A DNA stretch of 64,000 bases from Candidatus Levybacteria bacterium RIFCSPLOWO2_01_FULL_38_21. GTDB taxonomy: Bacteria > Patescibacteriota > Microgenomatia > Levybacterales > UBA12049. The position numbers and the translations under genes are program-made. Below, piece by piece: positions 29,867-39,779 of this stretch. The stretch is taken from positions 42,578 through 106,577 of the forward strand of contig MFOT01000024.1 of the NCBI GenBank assembly GCA_001782475.1, read 5' to 3'. The stretch's first letter is position 1. The number at the start of each line of letters is the position of its first letter. Below the pieces are notes generated by a model. The model ran no database searches and was not told the DNA's origin. It worked only from the letters and a program-made list of their open reading frames with translations.

Positions 29867-30144
29867 ACACTTTTCCCATTATTTCTAAAGATTCGCATAA
29901 TCTCTTCTACCGATTGCTTGGTCTTTCCGCTTTTTATAAAATCGACAATACATCTTTTTAGGTGGTTTTGCAAAAGAAGATAGTCAACTTCTCTAAGTGC
30001 ACTTTGGACTGCCCGGGATTGGTTGATGATATCGATGCAGTATTGATCTTCCTTGATCATTTTTGTGACTTTCTCAAGATGCCCTCTTGTTATCTTTAAG
30101 CGATGGAGAATTCGTTCTTCTATATTTCTTGGTCTATATGCCAT
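29863..30144 (-). CDS. csoR: CsoR/RcnR-family metal-sensing repressor
   Basis: RLKITRGHL...YCIDIINQ...AVQSAL...HLKRC; start moved to ATG 30144. Confidence 0.85.
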   Translation of the reverse strand: MAYRPRNIEERILHRLKITRGHLEKVTKMIKEDQYCIDIINQSRAVQSALREVDYLLLQNHLKRCIVDFIKSGKTKQSVEEIMRIFRNNGKSV

Positions 30145-30167
30145 ACCTGTGCTGAGTATACCGAAGT

Positions 30168-30188
30168 ATATCCCCCTCCTGGGGATAT
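30168..30188. promoter_or_regulatory. CsoR-type operator
   Basis: ATATCCCC-CTCCT-GGGGATAT palindrome just upstream of csoR, over the expected -35 position. Confidence 0.7.
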
Positions 30189-30226
30189 TATCACAAAAAT
30201 AAAAATACATTGCAAGTAGGAAAAGG

Positions 30227-31558
30227 CTATGTGGGCTGATTGCCGTTGTCACGCTTGTTTCTCCTAATTGCAAGCTCTTGTGCGCCAGTGGTTCTTATTG
30301 CTTTTGGATCTTCATCAAAATATGGACGGAGTTTTTCGGCTCGGGTGGGATCGCGGAGTTTTCCTAAGGCTTGTGCTTCAATTTGACGAATTCTTTCTCG
30401 AACTACATTAAACTCCCGACCAATCTCTTCCAGAGTTCTCCCTCTGCCATCCTCAAGGCCATAACGCAATATAAGAACTTTTTGCTCTTTCGGTGGTAGG
30501 GTTGCTAACGTTTCCATTAATGCTTTTTTACGTTCTGCCTCAAAGCTTTCTTCGTGAACGTCTGGTCCTCTATCTGGTATAAATTCGCCAAACTCGTCTA
30601 CTCCTTCGCCTACTGGTTCATTAAGTGAGACAATTTGTTGTGCTTTAATGGCAGCCAGAAGTACTGCCCCGCCTGCATCAAGCTCATCAGCCATGTCTTC
30701 AAGGCTTGGCTCGTAACCGAGCTCTTGAGCAAGCTGAGCTTTTACCTCCTTATACCGACGGAGCTTCTCTTTGGCGTGGGCAGGTATACGAATTGCTGAT
30801 CCATAATTAGCAATTCCCCTGATAATCGCTTGGCGAATCCACCAGACAGCATAAGTTGAAAATCTATACCTTGGTCGATTATCGTATTTTGCCGCAGCAA
30901 TCATAAGACCAATGTTACCGAAACTAATTAACTCGGGGAGCGATAAGCCCAGTCCTTGATATTTCTTAGCCCAAGAAACAGAAAGTCGCAAATTAGTATT
31001 AACCAAATCATTGTATGATTCAAGACCTTTGTACAGACGGTTAGTCTGCCGATCGATAAATTCCTGGAGAGTCCGTTCTCTTAGCTGGGTAGTCTCAATT
31101 TGCTCAATAGTCTCAAGCCTCTCTCTTACCTGGTCAACGTAACTTTCCGCAATTTTCACTAACTTGTTGTTAAAGTGGTCGAGAAGAAATCGGGCTTGTC
31201 GTGCTTGTAGTGATTGTTTATCTTCAAATAGGAAACTGATCTTTTCTTTCTGGGGTGGTGTTAGCAAGCTCGACTGGACTGTTTCCCTAAGAGCCAGAAG
31301 GGCCAGTTGACCAGCAAAAATTCGGCGAGCGCACCGCCATTGTTCCTCAGTTTCAAGTATCTTGAATTGACCAATCTCTTCTAGATAAAGACTGACCGGA
31401 TTGATATCTTCCCCATCATCCTCCGCATCTGGATGGTAATCAATCGCTCCAACTGCTTCTCCGAGTCGTCCAATTAGTGATTTTGGGCCGCTTAAAGTCT
31501 CGGGGACAATGTCCTTTGTAGGCAAAATATTTCCTCGCTCAACCCCAGCGCTCATCAT
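30227..31558 (-). CDS. RpoD-like sigma-70 factor, divergent
   Basis: Region 1.2 PVSLYLEEIG; region 2 NLRL...RFSTYAVWWIRQAI; region 4 TLEEIGREFNVVRERIRQIEAQAL. Confidence 0.9.
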   Translation of the reverse strand: MMSAGVERGNILPTKDIVPETLSGPKSLIGRLGEAVGAIDYHPDAEDDGEDINPVSLYLEEIGQFKILETEEQWRCARRIFAGQLALLALRETVQSSLLTPPQKEKISFLFEDKQSLQARQARFLLDHFNNKLVKIAESYVDQVRERLETIEQIETTQLRERTLQEFIDRQTNRLYKGLESYNDLVNTNLRLSVSWAKKYQGLGLSLPELISFGNIGLMIAAAKYDNRPRYRFSTYAVWWIRQAIIRGIANYGSAIRIPAHAKEKLRRYKEVKAQLAQELGYEPSLEDMADELDAGGAVLLAAIKAQQIVSLNEPVGEGVDEFGEFIPDRGPDVHEESFEAERKKALMETLATLPPKEQKVLILRYGLEDGRGRTLEEIGREFNVVRERIRQIEAQALGKLRDPTRAEKLRPYFDEDPKAIRTTGAQELAIRRNKRDNGNQPT

Positions 31559-31645
31559 CTGAATTCTAGATAGCTTTTTAACATTTGTAAAGAGACAAAA
31601 CTAAGTTTTCTGCCGACGGGCTAGAATTTTTCCAAGAGGGCTTCT

Positions 31646-32110
31646 TTACTGAGAGAATTGGGATGCATCAGCAGTATTTTTGTCAAGATCCGCGCCGACT
31701 GCATCGGGATTTGAATTTTCCACTTGCTGCAAGGCATTTAGAACATCCTGTTGGCTTGTGATTGGTTGTTTTGATACTATTTCTTGATTCTGATCGCTCG
31801 GCGTTGGCGTTATAATTTGCTGAGCCTGTGGTGTTGGAACAGCAGGCTTATTGGACTTACCCAGCGTTCTCGAAAATATTATTACGATAAGTATTATAGC
31901 TAGTACTAAAACTGCACCAATGATTAAAAACATTAATTTATTATCGCTCTTGGGCGATTTGCTCTCTTTAGGATCATCTGCTGAAGCTGAATTGTCAGCT
32001 TGTGGTTGGTCAAGCGGTTGAGAAGCCACTTGTTGATTTTCAACTGGTTGAGTGTTTTGTTGCGTACTATCCATTGTATTGTTTACTTGCGTATTATCTT
32101 GATTATCCAT
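31646..32110 (-). CDS. Hypothetical single-TM protein
   Basis: Q/N-rich, one hydrophobic helix. Confidence 0.6.
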   Translation of the reverse strand: MDNQDNTQVNNTMDSTQQNTQPVENQQVASQPLDQPQADNSASADDPKESKSPKSDNKLMFLIIGAVLVLAIILIVIIFSRTLGKSNKPAVPTPQAQQIITPTPSDQNQEIVSKQPITSQQDVLNALQQVENSNPDAVGADLDKNTADASQFSQ

Positions 32111-32116
32111 ATTATT

Positions 32117-32824
32117 TTATTGTGATAAAGTTGGCAAAGCTGTCGGCTCTATGCTTGGCTGAGTGGCCGACCCAGTAGCATTCCCTTCTCCAGTTCCTCT
32201 TATTGAAGCAACTGCAACAATTAAGTTTCTCACAGACTTTTTATAAGCCTTAAGTCCTGCAATAACTGCGTGCATGTCTTCTTTGAATTGATCCAATTGC
32301 CCTTTAGGATCATTTCCATCGCATTTGAAATTCGCAATATCTGTCTGTATTGCCTGTAAAAGTGGTGCTATTGCGTTTTTATTTGTTTGAATATCCAAAA
32401 CTAAAGCATTATAGTTTGACAAAGTCTTTCCTTGCGGAACCAATCTTGTCAAATAATAGTTTTGAATTCTTGTTGCTATTGAATCAAATACTTCTACCAT
32501 ACGGTTTGCATGGCGGATCATTTGATTTGAGCGATTAACTATATTTTTTTCGCGCAGCCGGCATACACGCAGTTTGGCTTCTTCAAGACGGCCTTTACCA
32601 AATGGAGGCGTACCCGATGGCCTATTGAATGGCAAAGCTCCTCCCGGTGAAGCAGGTTTTCCCCAAACTGTCGTATACGTCTGCTTTTTCAACAAACCCG
32701 GTGGAACATTCTGACCTGATGCTGAATTATCAACCGCAGAGACTTGAGAAGCAAAAACAAGTAATGAAACTGCAAGAATTATCAAAGATATTATAAAAAA
32801 ATGTGAATTTAAAACTTTCCTCAT
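32117..32824 (-). CDS. Hypothetical secreted helical protein
   Basis: Signal peptide ending VSA; coiled-coil-like body. Confidence 0.6.
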   Translation of the reverse strand: MRKVLNSHFFIISLIILAVSLLVFASQVSAVDNSASGQNVPPGLLKKQTYTTVWGKPASPGGALPFNRPSGTPPFGKGRLEEAKLRVCRLREKNIVNRSNQMIRHANRMVEVFDSIATRIQNYYLTRLVPQGKTLSNYNALVLDIQTNKNAIAPLLQAIQTDIANFKCDGNDPKGQLDQFKEDMHAVIAGLKAYKKSVRNLIVAVASIRGTGEGNATGSATQPSIEPTALPTLSQ

Positions 32825-32880
32825 CTTCTTAAAGAATACGAGATATTAAAGCATTTTGTCAAGTAACCTTTTTAAAAAAA

Positions 32881-34308
32881 CTACTTAATTCTTTCTACGC
32901 TCGTTGTTCCGTCTTCATTGTCCTGAATCTCATACCCTAATTTTTTAATCTTGTGCCTTACTTGATCTGCGAGATGATATCTTTTTTTCTTTCGCAATTC
33001 ATTTCTCTCCTCAACTAATTTTTGAATATTTTCCGGAATTTTTTCTTCCTCTTTTTTTATGTAATTTTTTGCATTTTCCAAATCAAGTCCCAAAACTTTA
33101 TCAAATTTAAAAAGGCTTTCTGCCTTAGCCCTCATTGGATAGTCTGATTTAACAAGGTCCCAAACTATGCTTAATGCCTGCGGGATATTTAAATCATCGT
33201 TAATCGCATTAAGAAATTTTTCTTCATATTCTGCGCATCCGATTTTTGGTGTGTCATAAGTTGAAACAATTTCTCTTAAATGATTTAAAGCAGTTTGAGC
33301 TCCCTTAAGTGCTTTAAATGTAAAATTCATTTTAGAACGATAGTGAATTGTTAGTGTGAGGTAGCGAAAGGAGAGGGGGTCGAATCCTTTTTTTTCAAGA
33401 TCAGAAATTGTGTAGATATTTCTCTTGGAACGAGACATTTTCTCTTCATTCACCAATAAATGCCCAGCGTGAACCCAGTAGTTTACAAATTTACTGCCGG
33501 TTGCAGCCTCGCTTTGTGCAATTTCATCCTCATGATGAGGAAAAATTAAATCCTCTCCGCCTGTATGGATATCGAAAGTATCACCTAGGTATTTGATGCT
33601 CATCGCAGAGCACTCAATATGCCAACCCGGAAAGCCAAGCCCCCAAGGGCTGTCCCATTTCATGAGCCTCTCTTTTTCTGCTTTTTTCCAGAGCGCAAAA
33701 TCAGCACTGTCTTTTTTATCAGTCTCAAGCGATACTCTAACTGCCTTTAAAAGATTGTCCATCTTCGAAAGAGTATTTCCCGAAAGCTTTCCATAGTTTT
33801 TAAACTTTTTAACATCAAAATAGACTGTTCCGTCAACCTCATATGCGAAGCCTTTTTTAAGAAGGACTTTGATAATTTCGATCATCTCCTTAATATTTTC
33901 GCTGGCCTTAGGATAGACAGTTGCAGGCAGAATATTTAATTTCTTTTCGTCCTCAAGATAAATTTTTGTAAAATGATCAGCAATCTCTTCGGGTGTTTTT
34001 TCCATCTTTATTGCTTCCTCTATTATCGGATCTATCTGTTCGACTTGTGGTGAGCCTGTCGAACCATGATGTCCTGTACCGATATTCCGCATATGTCCTA
34101 CATCGGTTATGTTCTTGATATATAAAACTCTATAACCGTTGTACATTAAAACCCGCCGCAAAAGATCCGAAGTGATATATGTTCTAAAGTTTCCTATATG
34201 AACTTCTCTATAAACCGTAGGTCCGCAGGTGTAAATACTAACCTTATCTTTATCAATTGGCTTAAACTCTTCAATTTTCCGGGAAAGTGTGTTATAAATT
34301 CTTAACAT
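32881..34308 (-). CDS. cysS: Cysteine--tRNA ligase
   Basis: [27 protein letters not shown]. Confidence 0.97.
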   Translation of the reverse strand: MLRIYNTLSRKIEEFKPIDKDKVSIYTCGPTVYREVHIGNFRTYITSDLLRRVLMYNGYRVLYIKNITDVGHMRNIGTGHHGSTGSPQVEQIDPIIEEAIKMEKTPEEIADHFTKIYLEDEKKLNILPATVYPKASENIKEMIEIIKVLLKKGFAYEVDGTVYFDVKKFKNYGKLSGNTLSKMDNLLKAVRVSLETDKKDSADFALWKKAEKERLMKWDSPWGLGFPGWHIECSAMSIKYLGDTFDIHTGGEDLIFPHHEDEIAQSEAATGSKFVNYWVHAGHLLVNEEKMSRSKRNIYTISDLEKKGFDPLSFRYLTLTIHYRSKMNFTFKALKGAQTALNHLREIVSTYDTPKIGCAEYEEKFLNAINDDLNIPQALSIVWDLVKSDYPMRAKAESLFKFDKVLGLDLENAKNYIKKEEEKIPENIQKLVEERNELRKKKRYHLADQVRHKIKKLGYEIQDNEDGTTSVERIK

Positions 34309-34315
34309 AAGAGGC

Positions 34316-34807
34316 TTATCCGCTTGTGCCGGGAAATTTCTCTACTCTCTCTCGAATTTTTTGAACAAGGGGCGGCGGTTCCTTTTTCTTTTTTTCCGCA
34401 AGCTCAACCATCTCCTCTCTTTCCTCCCGCTCAACTTTCTCAGTAGGCCTTTCTTCCTTCTGAGATTTAGGTGGATTTACTAAAGGTTCGTAATAAACTG
34501 CTTTATGAAGCTCTCGTCTTAACTCTTCAAGCTTTTTTTTCTTTTCTATTGCCTGCGGAGTATTATCCTCGGGCTGTTGAAGGTTTTGATTCGTTGATTT
34601 ATTTGGCAACTGACCTACCTTCTCATCGCTTTCTTTATATAATGACTTAACAATATCTTGCGTATCTTGACTTCGCCCACTTATTTGTGATCCGGCCGCT
34701 TTTGCCGTATCGGAAACTGCAGCAGCAGCAACTTTTCCTGATTTTTTTATCAGGGAGATTCCCGACTCCAGTGCCTCCTCCCCGCTTAAAACTCCCCCCT
34801 TACTCAT
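34316..34807 (-). CDS. Hypothetical charged protein
   Basis: ORF tightly coupled between recR and cysS. Confidence 0.55.
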   Translation of the reverse strand: MSKGGVLSGEEALESGISLIKKSGKVAAAAVSDTAKAAGSQISGRSQDTQDIVKSLYKESDEKVGQLPNKSTNQNLQQPEDNTPQAIEKKKKLEELRRELHKAVYYEPLVNPPKSQKEERPTEKVEREEREEMVELAEKKKKEPPPLVQKIRERVEKFPGTSG

Positions 34808-35438
34808 AAACTTGTCTTCCCTCCATAGCCCTTTGAAGTGTTATTTCATCTGCATATTCAATATCTGCTCCAACCGGAAGTCCTCTTCCAATCCTAGTAA
34901 TTGTTAATTGTTGATTGTTAATTGTTGATTGTTCGCGAAATTTTTTCGCGATATACATCGCAGTTGCCTCCCCCTCCATTGTAGGATTTGTTGCTAAAAT
35001 TATCTCTTTAATTCCTTCTTTCTTAAATCCATTTGATGATTCCTTGACTCTTTCCAAGAGTTCTTTTACGTAAATCTCATCCGGCCCGATATTGTTTAAC
35101 GGATCAATTCTTCCATGAAGAACATGATAGACCCCGTTGTATTTTCCGCTTTTTTCAAAAGACAAAACATCCAAAGGGCTTTCAACAACACAAATTGTTG
35201 AGCTGTCTCTTTTTTCATCAGAACAGATATGGCACGGATCGCTTTCCGCAACCAAAAAACAGATTGAACACAAAACTGTATCTCTTTTTAGATTTTGGAC
35301 TGATAAAGAAAACTTGTCCAATTCACCTTGAGGTACATGCAAGAGATAAAAAGTTAAACGCTGGGCAGTCTTAGGACCAATCCCTGGTAATCTCTCGAAA
35401 GATTCAACCAGATTTTGTATTGCTTTTGGAATTTTCAT
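34800..35438 (-). CDS. recR: Recombination mediator RecR
   Basis: LPGIGPKTAQRL, CSIC..CHIC, YHVLHG, EGEATA. Confidence 0.96.
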   Translation of the reverse strand: MKIPKAIQNLVESFERLPGIGPKTAQRLTFYLLHVPQGELDKFSLSVQNLKRDTVLCSICFLVAESDPCHICSDEKRDSSTICVVESPLDVLSFEKSGKYNGVYHVLHGRIDPLNNIGPDEIYVKELLERVKESSNGFKKEGIKEIILATNPTMEGEATAMYIAKKFREQSTINNQQLTITRIGRGLPVGADIEYADEITLQRAMEGRQVYE

Positions 35439-35443
35439 AAAAA

Positions 35444-35509
35444 TTATTGCTCAATTACTTTATTGTTCGATCGCTTCAACAATTTAGCAATGAAACAATT
35501 TAACAATTT
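35444..35509. repeat. Inverted 8-bp-periodic repeat element
   Basis: TTATTGCT/TTATTGTT arm facing AACAATTT AGCAATGA AACAATTT AACAATTT arm. Confidence 0.55.
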
Positions 35510-36433
35510 TTATTCTAGCTCTTTGGCTATCATCTCTGATATCGACAGAATTTCTAGCTTACCAAAACGCTTCTCTTCCGGAACATCAATCGTATCTGTT
35601 ACGAAAATTTTTGATGCTCTTAAATTTTGCAAAATATTCTTTGCATCGTTTGAAAAAACAGGATGGGTTGCAAAGACAATATTTTCTTCTATTCCGTTTT
35701 TAACTAAAAGGTCAACAGCTGAGGCAATTGTTCTTCCAGTTGAAATCATATCATCAACAATAATAGCTCTTTTTACTCGTTTTTTCCAGCCTGAAGAAGC
35801 GCTATCTATTCTATTTGACTTGATATCTCCGCTTACCAAGTCTCTATCTTTAACTATTGATATAAAAGGCATATTTGAAAGCAGTTCTGATAAAATTTTT
35901 ATTCTTCTTATTCCTCCCATATCCGGAGAAACTAGAATAGTATCTTTTAAAAAATGGGGGGTGGCGATCTCCTTTATTTTCTCTGCAATAATAGGAAGAG
36001 CGGAAAGATGGACAATGGGAATTGAAAAAAGCTCGGGTATTTTTATTGAATGAAGATCAAAGGTAATAAGCTTATCCATTCCAACTGCCTCAAGAGTTTC
36101 TATAATCACTTCCAAAGAAACTGCTTCGCCGTCTCGAAAAACATGATCTTGTCTCTGATACCCAAGATACGGAACAACTGCTGTTATTGATTTTGCTCCG
36201 CTTCGTTTTAGCGCATCTACAATAAAAAACAGCTCCATATAGTGAGTATCGGGATTTGGGGAGGTAGACTCAATAATAACAGTATCCTCATCTACTACTC
36301 TATCGGTAACCCGGACTCTTCTTTCTCCGTCTGGAAAAATAACAATTTCAAGAGGCGAGATTAGGGTATTTAAACTTTTTGTAATTTTTTCTGCCAACGG
36401 CTTATTGGAGGATCCGGAAAAAACCTTCATCAA
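35510..36433 (-). CDS. prs: Ribose-phosphate pyrophosphokinase
   Basis: FPDGE, PYLGYQRQD, VSPDMGG, VDDMISTGRT. Confidence 0.95.
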   Translation of the reverse strand: MMKVFSGSSNKPLAEKITKSLNTLISPLEIVIFPDGERRVRVTDRVVDEDTVIIESTSPNPDTHYMELFFIVDALKRSGAKSITAVVPYLGYQRQDHVFRDGEAVSLEVIIETLEAVGMDKLITFDLHSIKIPELFSIPIVHLSALPIIAEKIKEIATPHFLKDTILVSPDMGGIRRIKILSELLSNMPFISIVKDRDLVSGDIKSNRIDSASSGWKKRVKRAIIVDDMISTGRTIASAVDLLVKNGIEENIVFATHPVFSNDAKNILQNLRASKIFVTDTIDVPEEKRFGKLEILSISEMIAKELE

Positions 36434-36454
36434 CTTTTATTGTACTATGAAGTT

Positions 36455-37249
36455 CTACTTTTTCCTAGGACCTCCTCGTCTTAAACTGACCCCGATAGAT
36501 TTTAATCTATTCGAAATTGTTTGACCGCTAACATGCATAATTTCTTCAATTTCTTCTAATGACTTATTATCATCGACATACAATTGCCTCATTAAGGATA
36601 AGTCTAAATCTAATTTTCTTCGACCTCCAGGTCTTGTTTTAACTCCGGCTTCGCTTAATCTTTGCAAAACAGTTTTAGCTGATATATCTAATGGCTTTGC
36701 TATTTCATCTGCAGACATTTCTTCAGCTATATATTGCCGAGCTAATAAATTAATATTGATTTTAATTTTTCTTCTTCCCCTTCTAGTTGGTGTACCAGCT
36801 GCTCTCAGTCGACCAGAGATAACGTCCTTACTGCAAGTCATCAGATCCGCTATTTCTCTCATTGTCTTTTCTTCTACGGTGTATAATCTGACTACCTCAT
36901 TTACATCTATATCGTCGCGTGGTCTGCCCGCATTCGTCTGTCTTTTTCCTTCCAACAATCTTCTAATTTTTCTTAACGCTCGGGCTTCTTTTTGTCTTAC
37001 TGCTTCTCTTGTTATATTCGTATCAGAACCTATATCAGAAAGGCTACGAGGCTTTCCCTCTCCTGGATAACGTTGTAGCAGAACTTCTTGCAAACCAGAA
37101 GGTAGTTCATCAATAAGCCCCTTTTCCTCTCCCGCTCTTACCAACTCTACATTCGCAGGTTTTAAAACTGGAACTCCTTTTATATATCCTCTTCTTTTTT
37201 GCATTGATTCACTTATTTCCCCCACAGGAGGACCTTCAATTCTTCCCAT
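36455..37249 (-). CDS. Sigma-70 region 4 domain fused to three tandem HTH repeats
   Basis: SLSDIG...ITREAVRQKEARALRK, then 3x (Y..E..S..EI.......TI..RL...G...R.G). Confidence 0.7.
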   Translation of the reverse strand: MGRIEGPPVGEISESMQKRRGYIKGVPVLKPANVELVRAGEEKGLIDELPSGLQEVLLQRYPGEGKPRSLSDIGSDTNITREAVRQKEARALRKIRRLLEGKRQTNAGRPRDDIDVNEVVRLYTVEEKTMREIADLMTCSKDVISGRLRAAGTPTRRGRRKIKININLLARQYIAEEMSADEIAKPLDISAKTVLQRLSEAGVKTRPGGRRKLDLDLSLMRQLYVDDNKSLEEIEEIMHVSGQTISNRLKSIGVSLRRGGPRKK

Positions 37250-37262
37250 AAATTTATCTTAT

Positions 37263-37291
37263 AGTATAACTTAGATGAGTTCTGAAGTCAA
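37263..37291 (-). promoter_or_regulatory. Sigma70 promoter
   Basis: TTGACT-17 nt-TATACT on minus strand. Confidence 0.6.
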
Positions 37292-37300
37292 CGATGGAAA

Positions 37301-37582
37301 TTATTGGCCGCCGCCCAAAAGGCCAGCAAGTCCTCCGCCCATTTGCGAAAGTTTTTTAGCCGCAACCTCTTGAGATTTTTTAATTGCTTCATTTATTGCC
37401 TCTTTTATGTCGTTGTCGGACATGCCGTTAGTATTTAGTTCTTTAATTTTCTGATCACCGGTAATTAGAATATCGACTCCGTTTTTTGATACACTTACCT
37501 CCTCTGACTGCAATTCCCTTTGAATTTGCATAGCCTGATCTCTCATTTTCTTTAAATCCTGCAACTTTTGAAATGGATTCAT
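37301..37582 (-). CDS. YbaB/EbfC nucleoid-associated protein
   Basis: Q-rich 93 aa following dnaX; ITGDQKI, EAINEAIKK. Confidence 0.85.
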   Translation of the reverse strand: MNPFQKLQDLKKMRDQAMQIQRELQSEEVSVSKNGVDILITGDQKIKELNTNGMSDNDIKEAINEAIKKSQEVAAKKLSQMGGGLAGLLGGGQ

Positions 37583-37595
37583 AAAATCACCTCCC

Positions 37596-39065
37596 CTAAG
37601 ATTTTAACATAACCGAAACCGGAATTCTTTTTCCGCCGATCTGAAATAGAGCCTTTTCTATTATTTCCTTTGATTTTTTTTCATCCAGTTTTTCTTTGTG
37701 AAATTTAAATCTTGCTTCAATAACGAACTTTTTTTCATTATAACTTTTAAGACTGCAGCCTCTAAGAACTCCGGCAATAGAATGGTTTTGCGATTTAACT
37801 TTATTGATCAGCTCATGCCATAGAGTATTGTTACTTTGCCCATCTGAAGGAGAACTGAACGCCGACTTAGATTTATTTTCGAAATTCTTTTTTTCTGATT
37901 GTCGGCGTTCACTTAGCGAGCGGGGATTTTGTCGAGATTGTAATAAATCATTGCGAGCGTCTCCTGCAGTATGCGGCAAAGTAACAGAAGACTGATCCTG
38001 CGTAGACCACTCTATAATCGCAATCTCCAAAGGCAGCTGGGGTAAAACAGAATATTTAAGTTTTGAATAAGCATTTGTCAATAAATCCATAAGCATTCTG
38101 ATATCCTCAATACTTAGAATATCCATACCTGATTGCTCCCCTGAAACACCAACTTTTACAAGCAGAAGCTCGTGAAGTTTAAGCATAAGCTTCTCTAGGA
38201 AATACTTCATATCAACGCCTGTTGTTGTAATTTTGTCAACAAGAAGCATTGCTTTTTTTACATTTTTTTCGGAAAGAAACTTAATCATTTCCCCTATTTT
38301 ATAATCTAAATTTACCGCCTGATGCATCTTTTCAACCGTCTCTTTTGTAATTTTTTTATTTCCAACCTCCGAATAAATTTCCTCTAAAATTTTTACTCCG
38401 TCTCTAAAACTGCCATCTGAAAATTCCGAAATCTTAAAGAGCGCCTCTTTGTCTACGGAAATCTTTTCTTTTTTGGCAATCCGCAAAAACGCGCGAACAA
38501 GTTCGTTCGCTGTTGCCTTTTTAAAGGCCATATGAAAACAGCGCGACGCAATGGTTTGGGGAACTTTATGAGGCTCAGTCGTGCAAAGTATAAAAATAAC
38601 ATGATTTGGAGGCTCCTCTAGGGTTTTTAACAAGGCGTTAAAGGCCTCTGTTGTAAGCATATGAACTTCATCTATTATGTAAACTTTTTTTAGTGCCTGG
38701 AAAGGAGACAATCTAATCTTTTCCCGAAGGTCTCTTATTTCATCTATTCCCCTGTTTGAAGCTCCGTCTATTTCCAAAACATCTATATTTGTTCCGTTTG
38801 TTATGGAGACACACTGATCGCATTTATTGCATGGCTCAACTGATAACTTACGGCTTTTAGCTGTCTGCTTTTGGTTAAGTTTTTCGCAATTGACCACTTT
38901 TGCAACTATTCGCGCAGCAGAGGTTTTACCAAGACCCTTGGGGCCTGTAAAAAGGAGAGCGTGAAAAGAAGAAGGTCTTGACAAAATATTAGTCAGTTTA
39001 TCTCTGACAACTTCACTATCCAGTTCTTCTATTGTTTGGGGTCTGTACTTGCGGTAAAAAACCAT
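37596..39065 (-). CDS. dnaX: DNA polymerase III subunit gamma/tau
   Basis: YRKYRP, GPKGLGKTS, IDEVHML, NALLKTLEEPP, SRC. Confidence 0.96.
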   Translation of the reverse strand: MVFYRKYRPQTIEELDSEVVRDKLTNILSRPSSFHALLFTGPKGLGKTSAARIVAKVVNCEKLNQKQTAKSRKLSVEPCNKCDQCVSITNGTNIDVLEIDGASNRGIDEIRDLREKIRLSPFQALKKVYIIDEVHMLTTEAFNALLKTLEEPPNHVIFILCTTEPHKVPQTIASRCFHMAFKKATANELVRAFLRIAKKEKISVDKEALFKISEFSDGSFRDGVKILEEIYSEVGNKKITKETVEKMHQAVNLDYKIGEMIKFLSEKNVKKAMLLVDKITTTGVDMKYFLEKLMLKLHELLLVKVGVSGEQSGMDILSIEDIRMLMDLLTNAYSKLKYSVLPQLPLEIAIIEWSTQDQSSVTLPHTAGDARNDLLQSRQNPRSLSERRQSEKKNFENKSKSAFSSPSDGQSNNTLWHELINKVKSQNHSIAGVLRGCSLKSYNEKKFVIEARFKFHKEKLDEKKSKEIIEKALFQIGGKRIPVSVMLKS

Positions 39066-39070
39066 AAGCT

Positions 39071-39141
39071 AAGATTTATGATTTATGAATTATGATTTAT
39101 GAATTTTAAAATGGTCAATGGTAAATGATAAATTGTCAATC
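39071..39141. repeat. Intergenic 7-bp-periodic tracts
   Basis: ATTTATG/AATTATG x4 then AATGGTC AATGGTA AATGATA AATTGTC. Confidence 0.75.
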
Positions 39142-39146
39142 GTTTG

Positions 39147-39533
39147 CTATTCATGGTTTATTCCAAGTAAGTGCATTATTCCGTGTTCTACAAGTTCTCC
39201 GATCTTTTCATCCACCAGAACTTCTTCAGCCGCTGCCTCTCTTATTACCTCAGGGTAGGATATAACAACATCACCCAAGAAAAGGACGTCGGAGGAAGTC
39301 CCAACTCTCTCTCCCTCGGCCTGGGAAAACGAAAGCACATTTCTTGTTTTATCTTCGCCTTTATATTTTTTACTAAGGGAGCGCATTTTTCTATCTCCGA
39401 CAATTGCAATAGAAACTTCAACTTTTCCTACAACTCCCTTTTTTTTTAATAAATTATTAACCAAGGATCTAATACGTTTTCTATTTATTTTATATCTGCT
39501 TTCTACAAAAATTGGGACTAAAACTTCTTCCAT
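39147..39533 (-). CDS. ybeY: rRNA maturation RNase YbeY
   Basis: NVLSF, LGDVVIS, HGIMHLLGINH. Confidence 0.93.
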   Translation of the reverse strand: MEEVLVPIFVESRYKINRKRIRSLVNNLLKKKGVVGKVEVSIAIVGDRKMRSLSKKYKGEDKTRNVLSFSQAEGERVGTSSDVLFLGDVVISYPEVIREAAAEEVLVDEKIGELVEHGIMHLLGINHE

Positions 39534-39534
39534 A

Positions 39535-39717
39535 TTAAATCCAGGTTTTCTTTATTCGTCTTGCTTCCTCTTGCTTTTGCTTGCGAGCCAAGGACGGTTT
39601 AAGATAAAATTCTCTTCTTTTTGCCTCTTGGATTATTCCTCCGGCAATTACTTTCCTTGAAAATTTTCGAATCAAAGACTCATCACTTTCTCCCGGCATT
39701 TTTTTAACAAATACCAT
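39535..39717 (-). CDS. rpsU: 30S ribosomal protein S21
   Basis: ESDESLIRKF, REFYLKPS. Confidence 0.9.
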   Translation of the reverse strand: MVFVKKMPGESDESLIRKFSRKVIAGGIIQEAKRREFYLKPSLARKQKQEEARRIKKTWI

Positions 39718-39779
39718 AAAAACACCCCCTTTTACCCGCCAAAGCCTTGGCGAAGGCGGGCTTACATTCTTTACCTATT

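Noticed and set aside
35415-36053. 212-aa plus-strand ORF, and similar antisense ORFs such as 56299-56862, 7306-7848 and 1052-1399
   Set aside because: Shadow or alternate-frame ORFs overlapping well-supported genes, with no recognisable motifs
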